Assembly (NCBI GenBank): GCA_963809895.1
Contig: CAWELD010000003.1
Location: 1,312,001 to 1,376,000 of the forward strand
DNA: 64,000 nt
Direction of reading: 5' to 3'
DNA from: an uncultured Gemmatimonadales bacterium
GTDB taxonomy: Bacteria; Gemmatimonadota; Gemmatimonadetes; Longimicrobiales; Gaopeijiaceae
Of the stretch, positions 50,920 to 59,799 are shown piece by piece. The first letter of the stretch is position 1. Every line of letters begins with the position of its first letter. The notes under the pieces are model-generated. The model did not search any database. It was not told where the DNA came from and saw nothing but the letters and a program-made list of their open reading frames with translations. A program made the translations under genes and the position numbers.

Positions 50920-51699
50920 TCAGGACGCCGCCGCCACGGGATCCACGTCGCGCGGGAGGGTGCGGGCGAACGCCAGAAGCGCGACCGACCGGGCTCCGAG
51001 AGCCTCGAGAGCCCGGGCCGCAGCCGAGGCGGTAGCGCCCGTGGTGAGGACGTCGTCCACGAGAATCACATCGAACGTCGCCGGGAGCAGACCGGCGCCG
51101 GCTCCCGGGATGAACGCATCTTCGACGTTAGCCCGGCGCCGGGCCACGGGCAAGGCGATCTGGCTGCCTCCCAGGTCCCGTCGGGCCAGTGCGTCCAGGC
51201 ACGCCCAACCCCGCACACGCGCCACCTCCCGGGCCAGCAGCTCGGCCTGGTTGTACCCCCGGCGGCGGCGCCGGCGGGGCGTGGTCGGCACCGGCACGAC
51301 CCGCGGCTCGTCCTGGAGCCGGAGGCGCCTCGCCGCCGCGGCCATGGGTCCGGCCATCACGGGCACCACCGCTGGCCAGCCACCGTACTTGAGGGCGTGC
51401 ACCAGCCGGTCGGCCGGATCCGCCAGTGCGGTGGCGCAGCGGGCGGCGACGAGGACCGCGGGCCAGTCCGCGCAGTGGTGGCACGCCGAGCCGCCATCCC
51501 GCCGGGTTCCCAGGGGAAGGTCGCATCGACGGCAGCGCGGACTGGGCAGAGGCCGTATCCGACTCCTGCACCGGAAGCACACGGGCCCCCCAGGCGCACC
51601 CGCCGGGACGCGCTCGCCGCAGCCCAGGCACCGAACGGGAAGCAGGAGGTCCAGGAGCCGGCTCGTCTCTCGGCGCACCGGGGCCGGCAGGTGGATCAT
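50920..51699 (-). CDS. comF: ComF family protein (zinc ribbon plus PRTase)
   Basis: CxxC pairs, [20 protein letters not shown]. Confidence 0.88.
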   Translation of the reverse strand: MIHLPAPVRRETSRLLDLLLPVRCLGCGERVPAGAPGGPVCFRCRSRIRPLPSPRCRRCDLPLGTRRDGGSACHHCADWPAVLVAARCATALADPADRLVHALKYGGWPAVVPVMAGPMAAAARRLRLQDEPRVVPVPTTPRRRRRRGYNQAELLAREVARVRGWACLDALARRDLGGSQIALPVARRRANVEDAFIPGAGAGLLPATFDVILVDDVLTTGATASAAARALEALGARSVALLAFARTLPRDVDPVAAAS

Positions 51700-52538
51700 C
51701 GGTGCGTCGCCTCCGCAAGCGCTGCGCGCATGGCGTCCAGGGGCGCGTCGCGCTGCCACCAGCGCTCGAAGGCGGCCGCGCCCTGCTGCAGGAGCATCTC
51801 CCGCCCGTCGTCGGCGGGAATCCCCCGGGACCTCGCCTCGCGCACGAAGCGGGTGCCTTCGGCGCCCGGACCGTACACGACGTCCAGCACGGCGCCCACG
51901 TCGGCGAAGCGCCCCAGATCCACCGGCAGGGGATCCCCCGGCTCCAACCCCAACCGGGTGGCGTTGACGACCAGGTCCCGATGGGCGCCGACGAGCTCGC
52001 CGTCGTCGGCCAGCACCCGGATGCGGGGGTCACGCAGGGCGTCGGCGAGCTCCCGGGCGCGTCGGGGAGTACGGTTCAGGATCGACACCCGGGCGGCCCC
52101 CGACGCCAGCAGCGCCACCACCACCGCCCGTGCGGCGCCGCCGGCTCCCAGCACCAGCACGTCCCGGTCTCTCGCTCCACCGTCCAGCGAGATCTCCGTG
52201 GCTCGGCGGAATCCCTCGACGTCGGTGTTGTCGGCCACGACCTGCCCGTCCTCCATCCAGAACGTATTGGCCACGCCGGTATGACGGGCCGCCGGCAGGG
52301 ATCGGTCCGCGGCCCGCAATGCGGCGGCCTTGTGCGGCAGCGTCACGTTGCCGCCGCCCCCGGCCAGCGCCAGCCCCCGGAGCAGCCCGTGGACGTGGGA
52401 TCCGTCGACGCGCAGCGCCACGTAGACGCCGTCCACGCCGGCGGCCCGAAAGGCCGCGTTCTGGATCTCCGGCGAGCGCGAATGCGCTACCGGGTCGCCC
52501 AGGACGGCGAACACGCGGGTCGCGGCGGAGAGATCCAC
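51696..52538 (-). CDS. aroE: Shikimate dehydrogenase
   Basis: GDPVAHSRSP, NVTLPHK, NTDVEG, LGAGGAARA, VNAT. Confidence 0.93.
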   Translation of the reverse strand: MDLSAATRVFAVLGDPVAHSRSPEIQNAAFRAAGVDGVYVALRVDGSHVHGLLRGLALAGGGGNVTLPHKAAALRAADRSLPAARHTGVANTFWMEDGQVVADNTDVEGFRRATEISLDGGARDRDVLVLGAGGAARAVVVALLASGAARVSILNRTPRRARELADALRDPRIRVLADDGELVGAHRDLVVNATRLGLEPGDPLPVDLGRFADVGAVLDVVYGPGAEGTRFVREARSRGIPADDGREMLLQQGAAAFERWWQRDAPLDAMRAALAEATHR

Positions 52539-52543
52539 GGAGG

Positions 52544-53044
52544 TCAGGGAGCCAGGATGGGCTCGAGGCGGTTCAGCACGCGCTCCACCAGGTCCCGCAG
52601 CACCTGGAAGGTGGCCTCGTAGGCCGCGTCGTCACCGCCGAAGGGATCCGGGATCCCCTCCCCCGCCCCGGGAGCGGCTTCCTCTCCCCGTGCGAAGGGG
52701 ATCAAGAGCGCGGCACGCCCCTCGCCCCCGAGCTCGCGGATACGCGCCAGATGGTGCGGAGACATGGCCAGCACCAGGTCCGCCTCCTCCACCAGTTCGG
52801 CCGTGAGCGGCCGGCTGGCGTGCTCGTTCAGGGGGAGTGCGTGCCGCTGGCCCACCGCCAGCGCGCCCCGGGACGCCGACAGGCCCGGGACGGTGGACAC
52901 GCCGGCGGACCCCACCTCCAGGTGGGCCCAGCCCCGGGCCTCCGCCGCCGCACGGGCCAGCGCCTCGGCCATGGGGCTTCGGCAGGTGTTGCCGGTGCAC
53001 ACGAAGAGCAGACGGAAGGCGTCGGGACGCTCGGCTTCAGTCAT
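52544..53044 (-). CDS. Low-molecular-weight protein phosphatase, YwlE-like
   Basis: FVCTGNTCRSPMAE P-loop, SAG, IPDPFGG. Confidence 0.88.
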   Translation of the reverse strand: MTEAERPDAFRLLFVCTGNTCRSPMAEALARAAAEARGWAHLEVGSAGVSTVPGLSASRGALAVGQRHALPLNEHASRPLTAELVEEADLVLAMSPHHLARIRELGGEGRAALLIPFARGEEAAPGAGEGIPDPFGGDDAAYEATFQVLRDLVERVLNRLEPILAP

Positions 53045-53702
53045 GGGTCTCGGGACGCACGCAACGCAGGCGCGACAGGGGGATGGCGCCCTCGCGCAGG
53101 ATGCGGGGGACCTCTTCGGTGCAATCCACCAGGGTGGACGGGGGGCTGGGCGGGAGGACGCCGGCATCGACGATCCAGATGTCGTCGGGGGCGGCGCCCA
53201 GCTCCCGGGCCGCGGCCGCGGCCTCTCGGCCGGACCGGGCCGCCGCCCGCCCCGGCGCGTTGGCGCTGGTGGAGGTCAGGGGTCCGCCCAGTCCCGTCAC
53301 CAGGGCCGCGGCCACGGGGTGGGCGCTCTGCCGCACCGCCACGCCGCCTGCCGGCGAGCGTACGCCGGCGGGATAGGCCGCGGACGGATCCGCCAGCACC
53401 AGGGTGAGCGCGCCGGGCCAGAACACCTCGGCGAGCTCGCGCGCGGCGTCGTTCCAGACGAGCTCGGGCACGGTATGGGCCCCTCCCACCAGGAGCAGGA
53501 AGGGCTGCTCAGGGCCACGTTGCTTGAGGCGCTGGAGGCGCGCTACGGGGTCGGCGGCGGCCCCACCACCGAATCCGTACACGGTCTCGGTGGGATACGC
53601 GACCAGCCCGCCGGCGCGCAGGTGCGCGATCACGGGGTCGAGCTCCGACGGATCGGAAGGGTCGAAGGCCCGCACATCCACCGTGGGCAGTCGCTCACCC
53701 AT
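53037..53702 (-). CDS. tsaC: L-threonylcarbamoyladenylate synthase (YrdC-only form)
   Basis: YPTETVYG, KQR, FWPGALT, STSAN, PSTLVD. Confidence 0.92.
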   Translation of the reverse strand: MGERLPTVDVRAFDPSDPSELDPVIAHLRAGGLVAYPTETVYGFGGGAAADPVARLQRLKQRGPEQPFLLLVGGAHTVPELVWNDAARELAEVFWPGALTLVLADPSAAYPAGVRSPAGGVAVRQSAHPVAAALVTGLGGPLTSTSANAPGRAAARSGREAAAAARELGAAPDDIWIVDAGVLPPSPPSTLVDCTEEVPRILREGAIPLSRLRCVRPETHD

Positions 53703-54414
53703 CCGCACCCTCCTCCGCGGTCTGATCCAGGAGCAGCTCGGCCAGGCGCAGATCTCCGGGGCGGGTGACCTTGAGGTTGCGGGGGGAGCCCTTCACCATG
53801 ACCACCGTTTCGCCCACGGCCTCCACCAGCGAGGCGTCGTCGGTGCTGGACGCGAGCAGATCCTCCCGCGCCAACGCACGGCGGAGCAGCGGAGCCGGGA
53901 ATCCCTGGGGGGTCTGGGCGTGCCAGATCTCGTCGCGGGGTGGCGTCTCCACGATGCGCCGGGCCCCGTCGACCCGCTTCAGGGTGTCGGTGGCGGGCCA
54001 GCCGGCCACGGCTCCGTGCCCCAGGGCCGCTTCGGCCACCACCCGCTCCACGACGTCGGCGGTCACCAGCGGCCGGGCGGCGTCGTGCACCAGGATGATC
54101 TCCACGTCGTCGGGGAGGGCAGCCACCGCCCGCGCCACCGATGCGGCCCGCGTCTCTCCCCCGACCACCACCCGGACCCGGTGATCCAGCGCTTCGATCC
54201 AGCGGGGGGGGTCGGCGGCCTCGTCGGGCGCCAGGGCCACCCGCACGGCGACGACCCGGGGATCGGCCAGAAAGGGCACCAGGGCGTGGGCCAACAGCGG
54301 ACGTCCTCGCAGCTCCAGCCAGGGTTTGCGCCGTCCACCCATCCTGCGCCCCATGCCGGCGGCCGGCACGGCGACCCCGATGCGTGGTGAGGGGGCCGGC
54401 TCGCCCCCCGTCAC
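53695..54414 (-). CDS. ispD: 2-C-methyl-D-erythritol 4-phosphate cytidylyltransferase
   Basis: PAAGMGRRM, VHDAARP, QTPQGF, TDDAS, NLKVT. Confidence 0.94.
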   Translation of the reverse strand: MTGGEPAPSPRIGVAVPAAGMGRRMGGRRKPWLELRGRPLLAHALVPFLADPRVVAVRVALAPDEAADPPRWIEALDHRVRVVVGGETRAASVARAVAALPDDVEIILVHDAARPLVTADVVERVVAEAALGHGAVAGWPATDTLKRVDGARRIVETPPRDEIWHAQTPQGFPAPLLRRALAREDLLASSTDDASLVEAVGETVVMVKGSPRNLKVTRPGDLRLAELLLDQTAEEGADG

Positions 54415-55871
54415 GAGTTGTAGCCCGACGAGCCCCGGGACGAGGATCCGCCGGCGTTCGCCCCGGCGGCCTGCCCTTCCCGGGCCATGGAGTCGAAGCG
54501 GGTGTAGGCCTTGTAGAAATAGAGATTCACGGTGCCGGTGGGGCCGTTGCGCTGCTTGGAGACGATGAGCTCGGCATGTCCTTCGATGGAATTGCCGTCG
54601 TTGTCCACGGGCCCAAAATAGTATTCGGGCCGGTACAGAAACATGACCAGATCGGCATCCTGCTCGATGCTTCCGGACTCGCGCAGATCGGAGAGCATGG
54701 GGCGCTTGTCATTGCGCTGCTCGGGGGCCCGGGAAAGCTGGGACAGGGCCACCAGCGGTGCATCGAGCTCACGGGCCAGAGCCTTGAGACCGCGCGAAAT
54801 CTGGCTCACCTCCTGCACCCGGTTCTCGGAGCGGGCATCGCCGGCCATGAGCTGCAGATAGTCGACCACGACCATACCGAGCTGCCGACCCTCGGCCTGG
54901 ATCTCGCTGGCCAGCCGGCGAGCCTTGGCGCGCATCTCCAGCACGGTGGCCCCGGGCGAGTCGTCGATCCAGATGGGCGCCGTGTTCAGGTGGCCCGCGG
55001 CGGCGGCCAGACGCTGGTGCTCGTCGGGCGACATCCCTCCCCGCCGGATGTGCTGGGCGTCGATGCGCGCCTCCGCCGACAACAGGCGCTTCAGGAGCTG
55101 CTCCTTGCTCATCTCCAGCGAGAAGATGGCCACGGGAATCTGGTGCTCGATGGCGGCGTTGGCCGCCACGTTCAGCACCCACGAGGTCTTTCCCATGGAG
55201 GGACGCGCCGCCACGATGGACAGGTCTCCCTTCTGGAGCCCGGTGGTCATGCGGTCGAGGTCGGCGAACCCCGACGGGACGCCGGTGATGGGAGAGCCCG
55301 ACTCCTGCAGGCGCTCGATCTCCTCGAAGGCGGGCCACAGCAGGTCCTTGATGCGCACGAAGCCTTCGCGGGCGTGGCTCTCCGCCACCTGGAAGACGCG
55401 TGCTTCGGCCTGATCCAGGATCTCCTCGACCTCGCGCTCTCCCTGCTCGTAGACGTCGCGGATGATGGCCTGGGACGCGTCGATGAGCCGCCGGAGCAGC
55501 GCCTTCTCCCGCACGATGCGCGCGTGGAATTCGATGTTCGCGGCCGTGGGCACCGCGTCCAGGAGCTCGGCGATGTAGTCCAGGCCCCCGGCGGACTCCA
55601 GCTCGTCGGTCTTCTTGAGGTCTTCGGAGATGGTGATGACGTCGATGACCTCGCCGCGCTCGAAGAGGCGGGACATGGACCGGAACAGACGTCGGTGCGC
55701 CTCGCGGAAGAACATGGAGGGCTGCAGCGCCTCCACGGCCCGCGCCACCGCGTCCCGATCGATGAGCATGCCGCCCAGGACCGAGATCTCCGCCTCCGCC
55801 GAGTAGGGCGGGCGCCGGTCGTAGCCGGATGCCTGAACGGCGGGCGCGGTGGAGGATTCGGGCGGATTCAC
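54411..55871 (-). CDS. dnaB: Replicative DNA helicase
   Basis: AARPSMGKT, FSLEM, VDYLQLM, LSQLSR, DLRESGSIEQDAD, KQRNGP; no intein. Confidence 0.97.
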   Translation of the reverse strand: MNPPESSTAPAVQASGYDRRPPYSAEAEISVLGGMLIDRDAVARAVEALQPSMFFREAHRRLFRSMSRLFERGEVIDVITISEDLKKTDELESAGGLDYIAELLDAVPTAANIEFHARIVREKALLRRLIDASQAIIRDVYEQGEREVEEILDQAEARVFQVAESHAREGFVRIKDLLWPAFEEIERLQESGSPITGVPSGFADLDRMTTGLQKGDLSIVAARPSMGKTSWVLNVAANAAIEHQIPVAIFSLEMSKEQLLKRLLSAEARIDAQHIRRGGMSPDEHQRLAAAAGHLNTAPIWIDDSPGATVLEMRAKARRLASEIQAEGRQLGMVVVDYLQLMAGDARSENRVQEVSQISRGLKALARELDAPLVALSQLSRAPEQRNDKRPMLSDLRESGSIEQDADLVMFLYRPEYYFGPVDNDGNSIEGHAELIVSKQRNGPTGTVNLYFYKAYTRFDSMAREGQAAGANAGGSSSRGSSGYNS

Positions 55872-55890
55872 GCTGTCTCGCTGGTCTCGG

Positions 55891-56706
55891 TCAGGCCTGG
55901 TCCAGAATCCCCCGCAGGAGCTGGAGATCGTCCCACGTGGGCCGGCTCCAGGAGGGGTTCCGGAGAAGGGCGGCCGGGTGGTACGTCACCACCAACGGCA
56001 CGCCCTCGTAACTGTACACCGACCCCCGGATCTTGCCCAGGGCGTTCTGGGACCCGGTGAGGAGCTGAGCGGCAAACGTACCCACCGCCAGCAGCGCCTG
56101 CGGGCGGACGAGCTCGAGTTGCCGCCGCAGGTAGGGCGAGCAGGTCTCGATCTCGTCGGGCTGGGGATTGCGGTTTCCGGGGGGGCGGCACTTGAGGACG
56201 TTGCAGATGTAGACCGAATCCTTCCGGGACAGGTCCACCGCGGCCAGCATCAGGTCCAGGAGTTTGCCGGCGGCACCCACGAAAGGCAGCCCCGTGCGGT
56301 CCTCGTTGGCGCCGGGCGCCTCGCCCACCACCACCAGCCGGGCCTCGGGGTTGCCGTCGCTGAACACCACCTGGGTGCGTCCCTGGGCCAGCCTGCAGCG
56401 CGTGCACTGTAGCGCCGTCTCCCGAAGGGCGTCGTAATCCAGGGTGGAGAGGTCGACGGAGGCGTCGCCGGCGCCGCCCGACGCAACCGGGGCGGCGGCC
56501 CGGGCTCCACGGCCCGGGTCGGCGGCCCGGGGCGAGTCCATGTCCTGCGGGGCGGCAGAGACCGGGGCACCCGCCGCAGCGGCCCGCACGGCCTCCAACA
56601 CCCGGCTCCGCTCGGATCGCTGCAGGAAGAGCCCCGGCATGCCGGCTTCCTCCCTCTGGCGCAGGAAGCGCGCGACCTCGCGGGGATCGGGTCGGCGGCC
56701 GGTCAC
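55891..56706 (-). CDS. Family 4 (Fe-S) uracil-DNA glycosylase
   Basis: CTRCRL, GEAPG, FVG.AGKLL, NVLKCRPP.NR, TYHPA; GTGA-coupled start. Confidence 0.92.
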   Translation of the reverse strand: MTGRRPDPREVARFLRQREEAGMPGLFLQRSERSRVLEAVRAAAAGAPVSAAPQDMDSPRAADPGRGARAAAPVASGGAGDASVDLSTLDYDALRETALQCTRCRLAQGRTQVVFSDGNPEARLVVVGEAPGANEDRTGLPFVGAAGKLLDLMLAAVDLSRKDSVYICNVLKCRPPGNRNPQPDEIETCSPYLRRQLELVRPQALLAVGTFAAQLLTGSQNALGKIRGSVYSYEGVPLVVTYHPAALLRNPSWSRPTWDDLQLLRGILDQA

Positions 56707-57944
56707 GACGGACCGCCCAGCAGCGACTCGACGCGGTCGAGGACGGCGTCCGCCACCCGGTCCTTGGACAGGAGGGGCAGCGACTCCTCGCCGCCGTCCG
56801 CCGTGAGCAACGTGACGCGGTTCGTGGTCACGTCGAAGCCCGCACCCTCTTCGGTGGCGTCGTTGGCCACCAGGAGGTGGAATCCCTTTTCCCGGAGCTT
56901 GGCGCGGGCGTTCTCCAGGAGGTCGGCGGTCTCCAGCGCGAATCCCACGGCCACCGCCCCGGCGGGCAGCAGCGCCCGGGTCTCGCGCGCGATGTCCGGA
57001 TTGGCCACCAGTTCGAGGGTGAGCTCGTCTCCGGCTTCGCGCCGCTTGAGCTTGGTGTCGGCCACCTGGCCGGGCCGGTAGTCGGCGACCGCGGCGGCGT
57101 GGATCACGACGTCGGCGCCGGGGGCGCGCTCCCGGACCGCGGCGAGCATCTCCCGGGCCGATTCCACCCGCACCACGTCGGCACCCACCGGATCCGGCAG
57201 GCTCGTGGGGCCGCTCACCAGGCGAACCGTCGCCCCCCGCCGCCACGCGGCACGCGCCAGTGCGTAGCCCATGCGACCCGAGGAGCGGTTCCCGACGTAG
57301 CGCACCGGATCCAGCGCCTCGCGCGTCGGGCCCGCCGTGACCACCACGGTGCGTCCCCTGAGGGGACCGGGCGCCTCGAGGAGCCGTCCGACGTGCTCCA
57401 GGATGTCCGCGGGCTCCAGCATGCGCCCGGGACCCTCCGCCTCGCCCACGGCGAGCGCCCCGGCGGCGGGCCCGGCCAGGTGGTAGCCCAGGGTCTCGGC
57501 GCAGTGCGCGGCGTTGGCCCGTACCTGGGCGTGGCTCCACATGTGGTCGTTCATGGCCGGGCACAGCAGGACCGGGGCCCGGGTGGCCAGGAGCGTCGTG
57601 GTGAGGAGGTCGTCGGCCCGTCCGTGGGCCGCGCGGGCCAGGAAATCGGCGGTGGCAGGAGCCACGCACACCAGGTCGCACTCACGGCCCAGCAGGATGT
57701 GCCGTGCCGCGCCGTCGACGGAGAAGAGCTCCGTGAGCACGGCGCGACCCGTGACGCCCTCGAAGGTGAGGGGGCGAACGAACTCCTGGGCACCCCGCGT
57801 GAGGACGGCGTCCACCTCGGCGCCCAGGCGCGTCAGGTCCCGGGCGAGCTGAACGGACTTGTACGCGGCGATGCCCCCGGTGACCCCGAGCACGACCCGT
57901 CGCCCCTGCCAGGGACGCCGGGGCTCGTCGTAGGCGGCCGTCAC
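56703..57944 (-). CDS. coaBC: Bifunctional phosphopantothenoylcysteine decarboxylase/ligase
   Basis: GVTGGIAAYK, PAMN, TAGPTRE.LDPVR, NRSSGRMG, AAVADY, GFALET. Confidence 0.95.
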   Translation of the reverse strand: MTAAYDEPRRPWQGRRVVLGVTGGIAAYKSVQLARDLTRLGAEVDAVLTRGAQEFVRPLTFEGVTGRAVLTELFSVDGAARHILLGRECDLVCVAPATADFLARAAHGRADDLLTTTLLATRAPVLLCPAMNDHMWSHAQVRANAAHCAETLGYHLAGPAAGALAVGEAEGPGRMLEPADILEHVGRLLEAPGPLRGRTVVVTAGPTREALDPVRYVGNRSSGRMGYALARAAWRRGATVRLVSGPTSLPDPVGADVVRVESAREMLAAVRERAPGADVVIHAAAVADYRPGQVADTKLKRREAGDELTLELVANPDIARETRALLPAGAVAVGFALETADLLENARAKLREKGFHLLVANDATEEGAGFDVTTNRVTLLTADGGEESLPLLSKDRVADAVLDRVESLLGGPS

Positions 57945-57963
57945 CGGACCCCCCGAGGCCTGC

Positions 57964-58179
57964 TCAGTCCTCGCGGCGGCGGCGCTTCACCAGGCGGAAC
58001 TCGATCTGCCCGGAGGTGAGAGCCTCCAGCGAGCGGGTCGTGAGCTTCTTCTCCTCACCCAGCGGGAGAACCTCCCGGGGCAGCGTGTTGAGCTCCCGTG
58101 CGTACTTGGCAGCCACCAGGACACCCAGGTACTTGCTGTAGGTGTTCTTGGCCACTTCGTTCGGCGTGAAGACGCGCAT
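57964..58179 (-). CDS. rpoZ: RNA polymerase omega subunit
   Basis: SKYLGVLVAAKYAREL; conserved position between gmk and coaBC. Confidence 0.8.
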   Translation of the reverse strand: MRVFTPNEVAKNTYSKYLGVLVAAKYARELNTLPREVLPLGEEKKLTTRSLEALTSGQIEFRLVKRRRRED

Positions 58180-58185
58180 GTTCCG

Positions 58186-58872
58186 CTACTCCTTGACTGT
58201 CGTCGTGACGTCCTGCGGGTTCGCCGGGTCGGCGAACTGTTCACGCAGGACCCGCTCCACCCCCTCGCGGAGGCGAGCCACCTGTGCTCGCATGTCTTCG
58301 GGCCGGGCGAGCGTTCTCCGGCCATGTACGAATCCCCGGATCGCATCCACCGTGCGGTCCAGATCGTCGTTGATCACCACTTCGTCGAAATCGTCCACCG
58401 CATCCAGCTCACGCAACGCCGTCTTCAGGCGCCGGGCCAGCTCGGCGCGGTTCTCCGTGCCTCGCGCGGTGAGTCTCTCCAGCAGGGCGTCCACCGACGG
58501 TGGCAGCACGAAGACCAGGAGCGCATCGGGCACGCGCTCGCGGATCTGCGCCGCTCCCTGCACGTCGATGTCCAGCACCACGTGACGGCCCGCCGCCGCC
58601 TCCTGGTCGAGGCGCTCCCGGGGCGTGCCGTACATGCGCCCGTGCACCTCGGCCCATTCCACGAGCTCACCGTCCTCGGCCATCTCGCGAAACGAATTCT
58701 CGTCCACGAAATCGTAATCGACCCCGTGCCGCTCGCCGGAGCGGGGAGAGCGCGTGGTGGCCGACACCGAGAAGACGAAATCGTCGTCCTCACCCACCAG
58801 GCGGTGCGCGATGGTGGTCTTGCCGGTCCCGCTGGGGGCCGCCAGCACCAGGGGGCGGGCCCGAAAGCTCAC
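58186..58872 (-). CDS. gmk: Guanylate kinase
   Basis: APSGTGKTT, SVSATTR.PR.GE..GVDY.F, YGTP, DIDVQGA; GTGA-coupled start. Confidence 0.95.
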   Translation of the reverse strand: MSFRARPLVLAAPSGTGKTTIAHRLVGEDDDFVFSVSATTRSPRSGERHGVDYDFVDENSFREMAEDGELVEWAEVHGRMYGTPRERLDQEAAAGRHVVLDIDVQGAAQIRERVPDALLVFVLPPSVDALLERLTARGTENRAELARRLKTALRELDAVDDFDEVVINDDLDRTVDAIRGFVHGRRTLARPEDMRAQVARLREGVERVLREQFADPANPQDVTTTVKE

Positions 58873-59765
58873 TCCACGTTCTCCACCTGCTCCCGTAAAC
58901 GCTCGATCTCTTCCTTCATGGCCACCGACGCGTGCGCGATCACGGCGTCGTTGGCCTTGCTGCCTATGGTGTTGGCCTCCCGATGCATCTCCTGCACCAG
59001 GAACGACAACCGCTTGCCCACCGGCTCGGCGGCGTCGCTCGTCAGCGCTTCCCGGAACAGATCGAGATGGGATCGGAATCGGACGATCTCCTCGTTGATG
59101 TCCCATTTCTCCGCGAGATACGCCACCTCGCGGGCCAGCCGCTCGTCGTCCACGTCTTCCTGCTGCGCCAGCTCGGCGATCTGTGCCCGCAGCCGGTCGC
59201 GCTCGGCCACCAGGCGCTCGGGCGCCCGTTCCTCCACGCGCCCGATCTCGGTCGCCATGGCGTCCAGGCGCCCCTCCAGGTCCTCCCGGAGGCGGGCGCC
59301 TTCCGCCTCGCGCATGGCCACCAGCGCGGCCGCGGCCGCTTCCACCACGGGCCGGAGCACCTCGGCCGACACCGCCGGCGCCCGGTTGCGGGCCTCCGGG
59401 GTGCGAAGGATGTCGCCGAATCGCGACACCGCGGCCAGGTCCACCTCGCCGTCCAGCCCCAGCTCGTCCTTGAGGGCGCGCATCAGCTCGGCGTAGCGCG
59501 CCGCCCGAACGAGGTCCAGGACCGGCAACTCGTCTTCCCGTGCCGTCTCCTCGCTACGATCCAACGACACCGACAGGGTCGCGTGCCCTCGTGAAATGTA
59601 GGCACGCAGCCACTGCTGGATCTCATGCTCCACCCGGTCGAAGCCCGGCGGTGTACGAACGCTCGTGTTGAGGAAGCGGTGGTTTACGGTCTTGATCTCG
59701 ACTCGGAGACGCCCCCCTTCGACAGGGGCTTCGGCCTCTCCGAAGCCGGTCATGCTCCGGATCAT
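58869..59765 (-). CDS. yicC: YicC/YloC family endoribonuclease
   Basis: MIRSMTGFG, VNHRFL, DINEEI.R, QEMHREANTIGSK, REQVENVE. Confidence 0.93.
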   Translation of the reverse strand: MIRSMTGFGEAEAPVEGGRLRVEIKTVNHRFLNTSVRTPPGFDRVEHEIQQWLRAYISRGHATLSVSLDRSEETAREDELPVLDLVRAARYAELMRALKDELGLDGEVDLAAVSRFGDILRTPEARNRAPAVSAEVLRPVVEAAAAALVAMREAEGARLREDLEGRLDAMATEIGRVEERAPERLVAERDRLRAQIAELAQQEDVDDERLAREVAYLAEKWDINEEIVRFRSHLDLFREALTSDAAEPVGKRLSFLVQEMHREANTIGSKANDAVIAHASVAMKEEIERLREQVENVE

Positions 59766-59799
59766 GGGTGCTCCTTCGATAGCCTCATAAGATAGACCC

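Noticed and set aside
54411..55871. Possible intein in dnaB
   Set aside because: Normal length with contiguous motifs.
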